This document shows positions 1-12,390 of a stretch of 64,000 nucleotides of DNA, piece by piece; the stretch's first letter is position 1, and each line of letters begins with the position of its first letter. The stretch spans positions 28,467,923 to 28,531,922 of the forward strand of contig JARDVH010000137.1 in NCBI GenBank assembly GCA_030324005.1. Direction: 5' to 3'. This stretch comes from Negaprion brevirostris (lineage: Eukaryota). The notes below the pieces were generated by a model. That model made no database searches. It was not told the DNA's origin and was given only the letters and a program-made list of their open reading frames with translations. The position numbers and the translations under genes are program-made.

Positions 1-209
1 TGTCACATGACCTCCTGAAAGCTGTTAGTACTTATAATAGTGTTTCTATGGAACTGAGCGCAGGCACTCTACCTTTTTACCACCTTACAAGTAGCGATAG
101 CAAGAGCTCAGTCCAACTAAATTGAACTGGTCCTCACCTACACTGTGCACTACTGGAACGTTGTGATTCCTCTATCATCTTGTCTTCCAGATTTATTCAA
201 ATCTTAGCT

Positions 210-310
210 GTGGAATCCAAAACCTGAAAAATCTCAGCAGATCCGGTAGCATCTGTAAAGGAGAGAAAGGATCTGCCGTTTTGACTCCAGATGACCCTCC
301 ATCAAAGTTA
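210..310 (-). mobile_element. Short Penelope-type terminal repeat fragment with degenerate hammerhead-like core
   Basis: Reverse complement aligns with the 10040-10157 element (gggtcatctggagtcaaaacg...acagatgctaccggatctgctgagatttttcag). Confidence 0.55.
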
Positions 311-723
311 AAAGACAGAGAAGAGTGTGATGATAGCTATCAAATACTTCTTTCATCGTTGATGCAGCAGTGAATGGTAAGGCTGTAACATTCTTCCTCA
401 ACATTCCAAATGCTTCAGATTCTCAGGCCTTTCCCTGTGTGCAAAACAGATGAAAAAGTCAGTTTACTCTTTTCCTATTCAAGAATTGCAATTGCACATC
501 CTTAAGTTTTCTCTCTTTAATCAGTCTTTCATAAACGGGTTTCACAACCTTTGCAGTCAAGTCATCATACTGGTAACACCTCAGATATCGGCAGTTGTTA
601 GGAGCTGCTATCCTATGCCATCAATCTGTTTGCCTCCCAAGGAGAAGGCAATGCACATGTCCACAATGTCCTCAGTGAGATTCCAGAACACTGTTGGAAG
701 TCAAAGCCTTTAGAGACATGATT

Positions 724-1102
724 TGTGGAGGGAGGGGAAGGGGAGTAGCTGGATAGAAACTAAGTATTACAGAAGGTTTATAGATATTGGAGATGTAAAT
801 CGTTTAATGAAGAACGTAGCAGTTTGATTTTATACTTGGAGGGGGAGACGTGGAGTAATGCATTAATGGTTATGCTAATGAGTCCACACTGATATGAATG
901 ATGTGACTGTGACATCAGGAGTAAGATGTCCAAAAGAAGTAATTGCGGATTAGTCTGTGTCCTGTAAATCGTGTGCTCACTGAGATCTTTGTAAACAATT
1001 CTTTATATATTGTTTCAATTAAAATTATCCCAACTATCTCAAGTCTGTCATAGGAGAAGCAAAGCCTCACCAGGGTGTGGTAAGACCAGAAGACTTGGTA
1101 AC
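724..1102 (+). mobile_element. Possible solo LTR remnant
   Basis: TG...ggtaaCA ends and internal ATTAAA; no TSD found, 5' boundary uncertain. Confidence 0.3.
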
Positions 1103-1246
1103 AAAATCTCACCAAAGCGTAGTGATCATTCAAAACATTAATTCCTTAAATTCAAAAAAGTTCCTCAAAAGTTAAGGGTGTGATGACATTGTGCTATGTT
1201 GATATATTGAGTGTTTAAAAGTGGGTTTGCTTTAAGAGGCAGTGCT

Positions 1247-3357
1247 ATAGAATCATTGAGGTTTACAGCATGGAAACAGGCCCTTCGGCCCAACTTGTCC
1301 ACGTTGTCCTTTTTTAAAATCCCGACGTTAGTGTCAATTGCGCACATTTGGTCCATAGACAGAGTACAGGAATGAGATAGAGAATCTGGTGAACTGGTGC
1401 AGCAACAATAATCTCACCCTCAATGTCAACAAAACAAAGGAGATAGTCATCGACTTCAGGAAGTGTAAAGGAGAATGTGCTCCTGTCTTCATCAATGGGG
1501 ATGAAGTAGAAAGAGTTGACAGCTTCAAGTTTTCAGGTGATCAGATCACTAACAACCTGTCCTGGTCCCCCATGCCAACACTATTTTTAAGAAAGCCCAC
1601 CAACGCCTCTACTTTTTCAGAAGACTAAAGAAATTTGGCATGTCAGCTATGACTCTCACCAACTTTTACAGATGCACCATAGAAAGCATTCTTTGTGGTT
1701 TTATCACAGCTTGGTATGGCTCCTGTCTGCTCAAGACCACAAGGAACTACAAAAGGTTGTGAATGTAGCCCAATCCATCATGCAAACCAGCCCCTCATCC
1801 ATTGACTCTGTCTATACTTCCTGCTGCCTTGGCAAAGCAGCCAGCATAATTAAGGACTCCACGTACCCCAGACATTCTCTTTTCCACCTTCATTCTTCGG
1901 AGAAAGGATACAAAAGTCTGAGGTCACTTAACAACGGACTCAAGAGCAGCTTCTTCCCTGCTGCTGTCAGACTTTTGACTGGACTTACCTTGCATTCAAT
2001 TGATCCTTCTCTACACCGTGGCTATGACTGTAACACTACATGCTGCACTCTCTTGTTTCCTTCTCTATGAATGGTATGCTTTGTCTGTTTAGTGCACAAG
2101 AAATAATACTTCTCACTGTATGTTAAAACATGTGATAATAAATCAAATCTATACCCATCTTACCCATGTAACTGTCTAAATTCTTTTTAAAGTACAAAAT
2201 TGTATCCACCTCTACTACTACCTCTGGCAGCTTGTTCCAGCCTGTAAGAGAAAAAATTGCTCCTCTGGACCCTTTTGTATCTCTCCCCTCTCATCTTAAA
2301 CCTATGCCCTCTGGTTTTAGGTTCCCCTACCTNNNNNNNNNNCCCCTACCTTTGGGAAAAGGTCTATCTATCTGATCTGTGCCTCTCATTATTTTATAGA
2401 CCTTTATAAGACCTCAGCCTTCTATGCTCCAGAGAAAAAAGTCCCAGTCTATCCAGCCTCTCCAGCCTCTCCTTTTAACTCAATCCTTGGAGTCCCAGTA
2501 GCATCCTAGTAAATCTTATCTGCACTCTTTCTAGTTTGATAATATCTTTTCTATAATAGGGTGCCCAGAACTGTACACAGTATTCCAAGTGTAGCCTTAC
2601 CAATGTCTTGTACAACTTCAACAAGACTTCCCAATTCCTGTATTCAATGCTCTGACCAATGAAACCAAGCATGCTGAATGCATTCTTCACCACTCTGTCC
2701 ATCTGTGCCTCCACTTTCAAGGAACATGTAACCCTAGATCTGTGTTCTGTAACTCTCCCCAATGCCCTACCACTAACTGAATAAATATGTCCTGTCCTGG
2801 TTCAATCTACCAAAATACATCACCTCGCATTCATCTAAATTAAACTCCATCTGCCATTCCTCAGCCCACTGGCCCAATTGATCAAGGTCCCATTGCACTC
2901 TGAGATTACCTTCTTCACTGTCCACTATTCTATCAGTCTCGGTGTCGTCTGCAAACTTATTAACCATGGCCTCCTATATTCTCACCCAAATATTAATAGA
3001 AGTGACAATTAACAGTGGACCAGCACTGATCCCTGAGGCACACCACTTGTCACAGGCCTCCAGTTTGAAAAACAATCCTTTCCAACCACCTTCGGCTTCT
3101 GTCACCAAGCCAATTTTGTAGCCATTTAGTTACCTCACCCTGGATCCCATGAGATTTAACCTACCATGCGGTACCTTGTCAAAGGCCTTGCTAAAGTCCA
3201 CGTTGACAACATCAACTGTGTTGCCCTTATCTACCTTCTTGGTCACCCCTTCAAAAAAAATCAAATTTAAGAGTTATGATTTTCCACTCTCAAAACTATG
3301 CTGACTGTTCCTAATCAATCCATGCATCTCTAAATGCCTGTAGATCCGTTCCCTCAA
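1247..3357 (-). mobile_element. CR1-clade LINE (RT C-terminal part plus 3' end), interrupted at 1358-2149
   Basis: ORFs 2773..2967 (KFADDT...DLDQLGQWAEEWQMEFN) and 2475..2762 (LYKTLVRLHLEYCVQFWAPYYRKDI); frameshifted. Confidence 0.92.
1358..2149 (+). mobile_element. 5'-truncated Rex1/Babar-type LINE nested in CR1
   Basis: ORF 1389..1628 WCSNNNLTLNVNKTKEIVIDFRK...VERVDSFKF; ORF 1672..2070 ...SSFFPAAVRLL; 3' tail aataaatcaaatc. Confidence 0.85.
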
Positions 3358-3359
3358 AA

Positions 3360-3500
3360 GTTTGTTTTGATAAAAGCTTGCCAGTTTGCCATAGAATCAC
3401 GTCTGGAGTGAAACATTATAGTCCCACACTAATGCCAAAATAGAAAATTGTTGGGTCTGGTCTGATTTTATAATATACCTTGGGGTTTCTGACCTGGTAA
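3360..3500 (+). repeat. Fragment of LTR-like repeat, second copy at ~19065-19200
   Basis: Shared tttgttttgataaaa...tctggagtgaaaca...cactaatgccaaaat...ataccttgg in both copies. Confidence 0.6.
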
Positions 3501-4199
3501 AAAGTCAAACTGTATTATAAAAAAATCTGACCAAGAGGCTTAGCATTGAAATATGTGGGATAACAGGTTTTTCTAGGTGCCATAAGATATCAGCTGAACA
3601 CTCCAAAAAGTTTTCCCATTCTAGTGCAAATAAACCTCAACAGCACGATAAGCCTTAGTTACCAGAAATCTCTCTGGTACTGAAAACTCATCTTTTGCAA
3701 GCATGGAACCTCAATCACGCCGGTATTAATTATTGAAAGTTTTTAAAAATGCTTTTTTTTCCTCTCTCTCAACCCCATCTTTTTCCTTTGCTTTCTGGAA
3801 ATGATTCAACATTGAATTTAAATTTAAAATTTAAATTTAAATTCATTGGTATTTAAATTTAAAAGCACGAACTTGCCAGTTCTGTAAGTGTTTAAATATT
3901 AAGGTAACATGATCACAAAGTAACCAGTCCAGGTTAGTTTCAAGTCTGGCAGTCAGAATGAGACATGCAAATCATATTCTCCAATGTCACCCTGTTCAGA
4001 AACTTATGCCCATGTCAAAAAGGCAAAGACATAATTTAACATGAGGAGAAAAACATAAGGAATTGATCAAATATCATTCCAAAACTGTATTCAGTTCATT
4101 GATTTTCACAAAATACAACCCAGTCTGATAGATTTACAATCAGACTCGTCAGACTCAAGTGTTAACTGGCCCACTTTCCAAAAATGTAGGAATGCACAT

Positions 4200-4486
4200 T
4201 TTGTTTATTATCGTCACAAGTAGGCTTACATTAACATTGCAATTTCGTTACTGTGAAAATCCCCAGTTGCTACACACTGGTGCCTGTTTAGAAACACTGA
4301 GGGAGAATTTAGCTTGGCCAATGCAGAAAACCAGCACATCTTTTGCATTGTGGGAGGAAATTGGAGCATGCAGAGGAAACCCACAGATGTGGGGAAAATA
4401 TGGAAACTCCACACAGTGATCCAAGCCGGGAATCAAACCCAGGTCCCTGGTGCTGTGAGGCAATAATGCTAACCACTGTGCTGCCC
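4200..4486 (-). mobile_element. tRNA-derived SINE (HE1-like head, alternative tail)
   Basis: Minus strand gggcagcacagtggttagcattattgcctcacagcaccagggacctgggtttgattcc (A/B boxes); tail ...gtaagcctacttgtgacgataataaac. Confidence 0.85.
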
Positions 4487-5139
4487 ATTTGGCAGAATAT
4501 GTAAGAGTTCAATCATCACAATATACTTAGTAAGAAATCTTTGTGCCCTCATTGTTTAAATCGACATTGGGATGTCTATTAGAAGTACCTACTTATGCCC
4601 ACTTATATGGATTGGTTTCGTCAAACCTGTTAGAATAGCATATCTGCAATTTGTAACAGTGCCAATTTATTAAGAGTAATCGAGGGACAATACATCTGGC
4701 TATTACAAAACCTGCACCATTCCTCTGCTTACAGTTGTAGTTAGTTAAAACCAGGAGTGATCATCATGCACGAGCACCATTGTTTTGTGCTATAGATTTG
4801 CATTTGCTCCTGTTCTCAGTCCCAGCTGCAGAGGCTTTGTATTTTGTACCTCACGGGAAGGAAATTCCAATCTTACAAATTTTCCAGCAGAATGCCATAG
4901 TTACCTCAGCTGGCCACCTTCTTAACAGCACCAAGGGAATATAGGTGAGAAAGCTGAAAGAGTAAAACAAGTACAATTTTAAAATGTCAGAGGTTCATAA
5001 ACTATGAGGACTAAGATGTACATATTTTTTGGCCCTGATGAAATTTTATCAAGTGGAATTTATTAAGATACATTTAAATCTTAAAAAAATTATTATAATC
5101 TGCATTAGAGCAAACACAGGCTTTAAGGGGGGCAATGTA

Positions 5140-5350
5140 TGTCCGTCTGTCCAAAGATGTGCGGGTCAATTGGATTGACCATGTTAAATTGCCCATTAGT
5201 GTCCCAAGACGTGTAGGTGAGATGGATTAATTATGGGAAATGGGTTACAGGGATAGGGTGGGAGTGAAGACCTACGTCAGAGAGTTTGTGCAGATTCGAT
5301 GGGCCAAATGGCTTCTACTTCACTGTAGAGATTCTATGATTCTATTCTAC
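5140..5350 (+). mobile_element. HE1-like SINE, 3' half with CR1-derived tail
   Basis: ccaaagatgtgcgggtc...gatgggccaaatggcttc...cactgtagagattctatgattcta. Confidence 0.8.
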
Positions 5351-8300
5351 GAGTCAACATTCAGTTTTAATTACTAGCTAATTAATATAATGTTATCAAT
5401 TTTTAGCTGCCAGCATCTAATTAACTGGTTATTTTAATGACAATAATTCAAATAAGGTTTCAGTACAAATTGTTTTTCTTCTTTTAAAATTGATAAAAGA
5501 AAGACTTGTGGGATTTTGTGAAGGCCCACTTCTCTTGGCGCAGAAGGTTGCCAATCCCAGCCACTCAAGCACAGGCACAAATCTGTATAGTAAATCCTTC
5601 GTACTTTAATACATAAATGTATTGAAGGGAAATTTCATGTGCTCCTTTTGCTCAACTGCCTTCTATAATGGCTTAGCACGCCTAAATCGAAAGGCAATTA
5701 GGGATGGGCAACATCCAGGGCCCACATTCCTTGGAAGAATTTCACACAATATTGTCTCTCCTGACCAAAGTTTTCTCAGTTTTATTTTAGTGGGCTGCTC
5801 TCTGGTCTTTATATTATTTACCAACAAAGCTTGATGTGACTTACATTACACATAATGGAATAGCTCAGTTGTACATGGTTTGGATATTTTACAAGCAGTA
5901 ATGGATGGGTTTTTCTAATTAATTTCTATACAAGTGTTCAACGTTGAAATGAAGTTGTTTCAAAAAGGCACAATTTGAGCCCAGTGATAGATTTATAGCT
6001 TAAAACAACTTAAGAAATTGATGTTACAAGTGTTGAATAGCTCTAAAATCCAAAATTAGAAACTAATCAATAACTTGTGGATATATTTCAATTTGATGAG
6101 CACAAAGAATTTCTCTTCAATGCTTAGGTTGCACTTTGAAATCTTTAATGAAGATGTACTTTGCTCATCTATGTGACAGAGAACAAAGATAATGCATTGC
6201 TTTTATATGCTCAGGGCAATTAATTATTTTGAAGTGTAAATGCCACTGTTGTTTAGGAACATATGGGGCTAAACTGCAGACAGCAAACTTTCACAAGCAA
6301 CAATACGAACCCGTTTCAACGGTGGTAGCCAGAACAGGAGAACTAAGCCACTACTTTTCACGTGGTGCCACCGGATTCAACTGACTGGACTGTGGTCGAA
6401 ACCTGGAATGGGGCTTAAACCTTCTACCTCGAAGGCACGAGTGCAATTAAGCCAATTGACAAATTTGCATAAATGAGCAATTTCCTTTGGCTTGCAAGTC
6501 CTCCATCATTCCCACCTTTGAAATAAACAATATCTGCGACTCAAAGACTGCAAAATTGCCTGGAACTAAGAGCTTCAGAAAATGAATTTACTCTCATTAA
6601 CATTGCTGTCCTGCATTAATCTTCGCTTGATCTCTGGTTACGAAGACGAGTCAGAGACTCAGGTCAACTAATACCATTCTATAACCGACGGCTAAGAAGT
6701 GCAGAATCATTTTGTTAAGATTGTTGACCCTTCCCTCTATTGGGATGCAAGTAGTAATTTTATACACACTCTGGTGGAACTTTTGTCAAATTCGACAATC
6801 TGTATATCAGGGGAGGGTAATTGCACTGAAGAACTAAAGTTGTGAATTATCTGCAACAAGAATACTGCGAAAAAAGATGGTCAACAGCTTTTGCACTTTT
6901 ACTCCAGCTGCAGAATGCAATAAAAGCCAAGTATTGATACATTTTCACAGTAAAGCTTTGTACTCAAAATATTCAATATTTTCTTAGAATCAAAACTTAT
7001 ATGTTGCACGTAAGGTCAGTTGAATTCTACAGTAGCTGTATGCCCACAGGATAAGCTCTGGGGACACAAGAGACAGGGACAAATCTCAAGCAGGATACAT
7101 TTATCTGTACAGTGAAACTGGACAGTTCAAATTCATTGCTGTTATTGTATTTATTTAATTTAAACTGTGATTGATTAGCAATAAAGAATTCCCTTGGTTA
7201 CGGACTGGAGAAGAGTTTATATCATTTATCATTGACCTAATGGGTATTATTANNNNNNNNNNTCAATTTTTTTTGTATAGTACACCAGCAGCAATCCAGA
7301 ATGTTTAATAGAATCTACCACAATGTTTCTTTCATTGTTAACCAGAATAAATCTGCTGCTGGGTGAACGGTGCTCATTTTTTACATGGTAATGGTACCTG
7401 GTTTAATAACTGTGAACTCAGCCTGAAGCATTGTGCATTTGGCAGCTGTCCTGAATCATGAAGTGGCAAACAAAATAATTTAATTACTTGTACTGCAAGA
7501 ATTGAAATCCCCCAATACAGATACAGAGAAGCTCATCAGGTAACAGATGGCCATGGAGATGATCTCTGGCAAGAACAACGTATACTATTTGTGATCTATG
7601 CCAGACAATCTGCCAGAACTGAAAAATTGGCAATATACCATTTTGCAGATGACATATTAACAGCTTCTTTTTGACACAAAGGTGATTAACATTACATAAA
7701 GCCCAGACGGAAAATTACATAAAACCTAGTAGTTCATGTTGACTACTGCTCGCCAAAGAAAAATAATTCCCTTAATACCAACATCAATTGCTTTGTAATC
7801 TAAAACTTTCGATTATTGGGTAGTCACTCTTGGTAATGTAACTCAAAAGTTATGAGTACTTGGTGTCAAAAATTAAAGTTCACAAAAAACTTTAAGAACG
7901 TGTCATTTTTAGAATCATACAATGCTTGAACATGTTCTCAGAACAGGGTCTTAAATTTTTACTTTTTCAGTTTCCAGTTAATTATTTTGTATTTTCTATA
8001 GCTGCCTTTTTACATAATTACATTTAAGTTTTAACTTGAAAAATATTTGTCTGAGTTTCTATCACTTTGCATGCATCATGCCTCAGCACCAAACAAATCA
8101 GCATGTGGAGCAGTCTTTGTAGAATAGTGCCATGTCAGTCTTTAAAAACTAACCAGAATCACTGTGTTGTATAATCAAGTTTCCCAATGCGACTGACCGT
8201 GTAAACTTACCTTATGTGTCGGTCAAGCCGACAAGCAAGATACACTTGCTGTGTATCTCAGGTCACATGTTTATTCTTCTATAAAACTTGAATTAAATTA

Positions 8301-10039
8301 AATTTCAATATCAAAGTGATAGTATCAAATACATTGAGGTACTTGGTATTGATGGCACCTACGTCTGAATGCTATTGAATTTGTATCAAATGACTAAATT
8401 TTCAGTCATGTATGGGCAGTTCTATATACGTGAATCATAACTTTAAAAAAAACTAATTTTAACAAGTGACAGCTCTGGTGACATATTCTGTATAAAACGA
8501 TCAGCTTAAAGCAAAGTTTGGAGAACATAAAATTATAGAACTTTTCTAAAAGTTGCAAGCACAGGAATTAGCATTTAAATACAGGTGTCCAAATTTCATT
8601 CCTCACAAAGGGTTAAAGCTCATTTGCATGAATGCAATGTGCATCGGCACCGAATAAGTTTTGTAAAACCTTAAGAAAATTTGTTCAGACAGTTGTTTTA
8701 TAATGAGATGGTTGTTTAATTAAATGGCCAACATTTATTTACGTAATAAAATTCCCTTCATAGATGCTGGAGTTATTATTCTAACGAGCACTTCCCAGTT
8801 GGGAGATTATCTTCATTACTTGCACGTGTTTCTGGACATTTAAAGTTTATTTCTTTCAGTAAATTACTGTGCAATTTCATTCTCTTTTGACAGTGAAATG
8901 CTTTGTTTTAAAAAAATTCCCTTGATAGTCACATCACTAAGACTCATTAAATTGCTTTTCAAATGTTCCGCATCTTGAATATTTAACTTTTAAATTACTG
9001 TGCACCAAACATATTGCTGAATAATTCTGCTAATTTTAATCTCCAGGTTCCCTTGACATTGAGCTGAGAGTCCAAACATGCATTGCAAACTGAACAGCAT
9101 GTGAATCAAAGATGAAATAGAATTAGCAATAAACAGTGATATCTGACCTAAATGTGTCAGAATTGATTACTGGACCAGTGGCTGCCATGATGTACAATAG
9201 CCGCTAACACATGAATCCTCAAAACCCATTTAAGTGAACTGGGTATTTGTATTTTCATTTATGGAATGGATTAAAGTTAATGAAAACAAATTGTGCAAAA
9301 ATAACCCCAATAAGCAGAAGATTTGCAAGTAAGTGTGCTTTTGTTAACAAATAAGGCCAATGGCAGCATTAAGGAAAGATTTGAAGCCAATTCAAGAGCC
9401 TCTTATGAACTTAAATGTACTAAGGTGCATGATACATATAATGACTAATAATTGAAGCAAAAAAAATGCAGTTGTGCCATAGAATTTGAAAATAATACAA
9501 TTTAATTACTAATACTGAATCGTTACCCATTGAAAATTATTCATAATACTATCTTATTTTGAAATTTGAAGTCTGACTCTCATACATATAATGGGTTATA
9601 GGGGAAATGCTTGCCTCATTTAAAATCATTGTTAACTATGCCTCCTGGTGTCCAGCTCAAATCATTGGGGTTAAGTGTGTTACTTCCAAGGCCTATAGGT
9701 GTGATTAAAGTGAAATGCATCTCTGCAGTAAAAAAAAATGGGCAAAATTGGAAATTTCACTTTTGTATCATCGGTTATTAATAAAGAAGTTCAGCTTGCT
9801 GTAATCTTGTCACTTCCCTAGCCAGAATGGACCAATTCCTGTGCTCTGAATTTATTCATCAACTAACATCTCTGCACAATGGCATTATTATGCAGTAACA
9901 TGGCAACAATTACTCTAGCCAAGTTTTACAAATTAAATGTAGGTAGCTCCAGTTTTATTTCTATCATCAACTGTTTTAAGAGATCTTTACTTTCAAAATT
10001 CACAGTCTCTTTCTCAAAAAGGATTAGCCTCTAAACTTA

Positions 10040-10157
10040 TAGCTTTGATCAAGAGCTTTGACAAAGGCTCATCTGGACTCGAAATAACAGCTCTTTCCTT
10101 TCCTTACAGATGCTGCCAGACCTGCTGAGATTTTCCAGCATTTTCTCTTTTGGTTTC
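10040..10157 (+). mobile_element. 118-bp Penelope-type element with degenerate hammerhead and 14-bp TSD
   Basis: Flanked by direct repeat agcctctaaactta at 10026-10039 and 10158-10171. Confidence 0.7.
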
Positions 10158-11954
10158 AGCCTCTAAACTTAATTGAGCTATGTAAATTTGTTGCAATACC
10201 TGACAGATTGATTACAGTGTTAATGATCCACTGTGCTTTTTACTTGACTTGGAATGTTCTTCACATGTTCAGACAGATTGAAACTGCTTTTATTTCAGTG
10301 TCTTCATAAGTTACTATTTACATGATTAACTTTGTAAGATAACATTTGTAGTATGACAATTTTTACACTTTCTCAAACATGGTTTCCAAACGTGTAACAT
10401 TTTGTTTCATATTCTATTGCAACACTACCTAATTACATTTCATGTAGTTTAGTTTTATAATGGATGTGTAAATATATGCTGTTAATAGAACATACAACAT
10501 CCCATACACCCAGACCACATTTTTAAAAAAAATTACACATGGAAAGTTAAAGAATAAAGCACCAATTACCATCCTTAGTAATAATTAGACTATTCGGAGA
10601 ATTAATACATCTCCTCAGGCATTAATGTTAATGTAGAGAACATATTGCATAATAAAATCCTGCTGTCTGATGAGGCTTTGTTTACTTTCAAAAATAATTT
10701 AAGAAAGGACTATGAGGAAATTACGTCTATATTGATTGGCTACCTGTTGCACGCTCACTGTATAAATTTCACTAACTATTACTTACAATTTAATAAAACA
10801 CCAATGAGATATTAAATTAGAAGTTCAACTGACAATGATATTGAAAATGGAACTATTAGTATAAACACAGACAGCCTATTTCCACTTGAAGTTTGAGTTA
10901 TAAGTTACTTTTATTTTGCACACTTTGATCATATGCGCTAACACCCTCCTCAAAAAACACAATAGTACCTGGGTAAATTTGTCCCCAGGTATTTCTTAAA
11001 ATAATGTTGGAAAATACTGAGTAGAACTGCTAAAAGCCAAAGAGGTGGCTCAGAAGAAATGACTCATACTGATTCAAATGCTATTTTAAAAAAAGCTTGA
11101 TATTTTGAAACAAAAAGAACAATTTTTAGATAAACACACTCCCAAGAAAAAAAAGTTAATGGAGTGGAAACACACATTGCAACTCTGTTGGATTGAATAT
11201 TTAGTCTTTTGCAATCTTCCTTGCTATTTCTTAAACGTCCTACTTCTGCATGATGCTCATATTGTACATTAACTCAAAAGCAAAAGTAGACCAGCACTGA
11301 CAATATCCACTGATTCCAACTGGGCTCCGAGCAACTTTTATTCTATTTGTTTTATAAGGCTCATGAGGCATCTTATCAAACACTACACAAGTGAACTCAC
11401 CGCACTTTCACTCGTTAATGTATTCAAAAATTCTACTAAACTGGTTGACTTGCCATTAATAATATGCTGGCTTTCTTTGCTTTGCTCATCCATCTTTAAC
11501 CGCTCACTAATTTGATCTTGACTTAATGGATGCTAAGAATTTCCTTCCAATTTTCATTAGAGCAACTGGTTTATAATTAACTGCTTCATTTTTTTTTATT
11601 GTCCTGAACAAATAATAGTACATTAGCTACTCTCCACTAACATTATCTGTATATACAAGGATTGAATAAGTGTCCTTCAACAGGACACGATAGCTTATCC
11701 ACTTGGAATGCTGTTCATTTTACTCTGAAGCAATTCCCTTTTCTAGTTATCTTTAACAATTGTTAAAACACCCTGATCCTCAATGGTGTTCTTCTGTGCT
11801 GTAAAGATTCTATGATTCTAAGTTTGGTCTAACCTTCTCATTTCACCATTTGCAAAAATTGAAAACCTAAAATGACTTCACCAGTCACACTCCACAATTA
11901 GATTCTCCCTTCATTCCCAAGCAATCCTACCCTAATTTTAAAAACTTTTCAGAA

Positions 11955-12390
11955 TATATTTTTATTTTGTGCCATTCACACTCAGGGCATCCCAAAATGC
12001 CGTGCAGCCAATTAAATACTTGAATATAGTCAGTACTATAACATAGGAAATACAGCAGCCAATTTGCACACAGGAGGCTCCAACAATCAACAATGTGAAA
12101 ATGATCAGTTATTTCCATGCTGATTGAAGTATAAATATTGACCAGGACACCAGGGACAACTCCCCTATTTTTCTAAATGCTGTGACAGACTCATCTAACT
12201 GAAGCAGAGAGCAAATCTGGCCTCTGATTAACATATCAAAAAGACAGCACCTCCTGCCCAGCAATGCTTTCCCTCAGCACTACACTGGAGCGTTGGCTTA
12301 GATTTGTAAACTCAAGTCTCTGGAATAGGGCTTGAACCTGTCACAGTGTGACTCAGAGGTGAGTGTGCTACCGACAGAGCCACAGCTGAC
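11955..12390 (-). mobile_element. Deu-domain SINE (SacSINE1-like), near full length
   Basis: tRNA head gtcagctgtggctc...ggtagcac...ggttcaagccc; Deu-like core gtgcaaattggctgctgtatttcc...tttgggatgccctgag. Confidence 0.8.

Noticed and set aside
3815-3863. AATTTA-type palindromic AT repeat
   Set aside because: Simple low-complexity sequence.
4226-4512. Clusters of short ORFs over SINEs (also 29979-30374, 45241-45596, 52261-52537)
   Set aside because: Spurious translations of SINE sequence; the tRNA-like heads are SINE parts, not tRNA genes.
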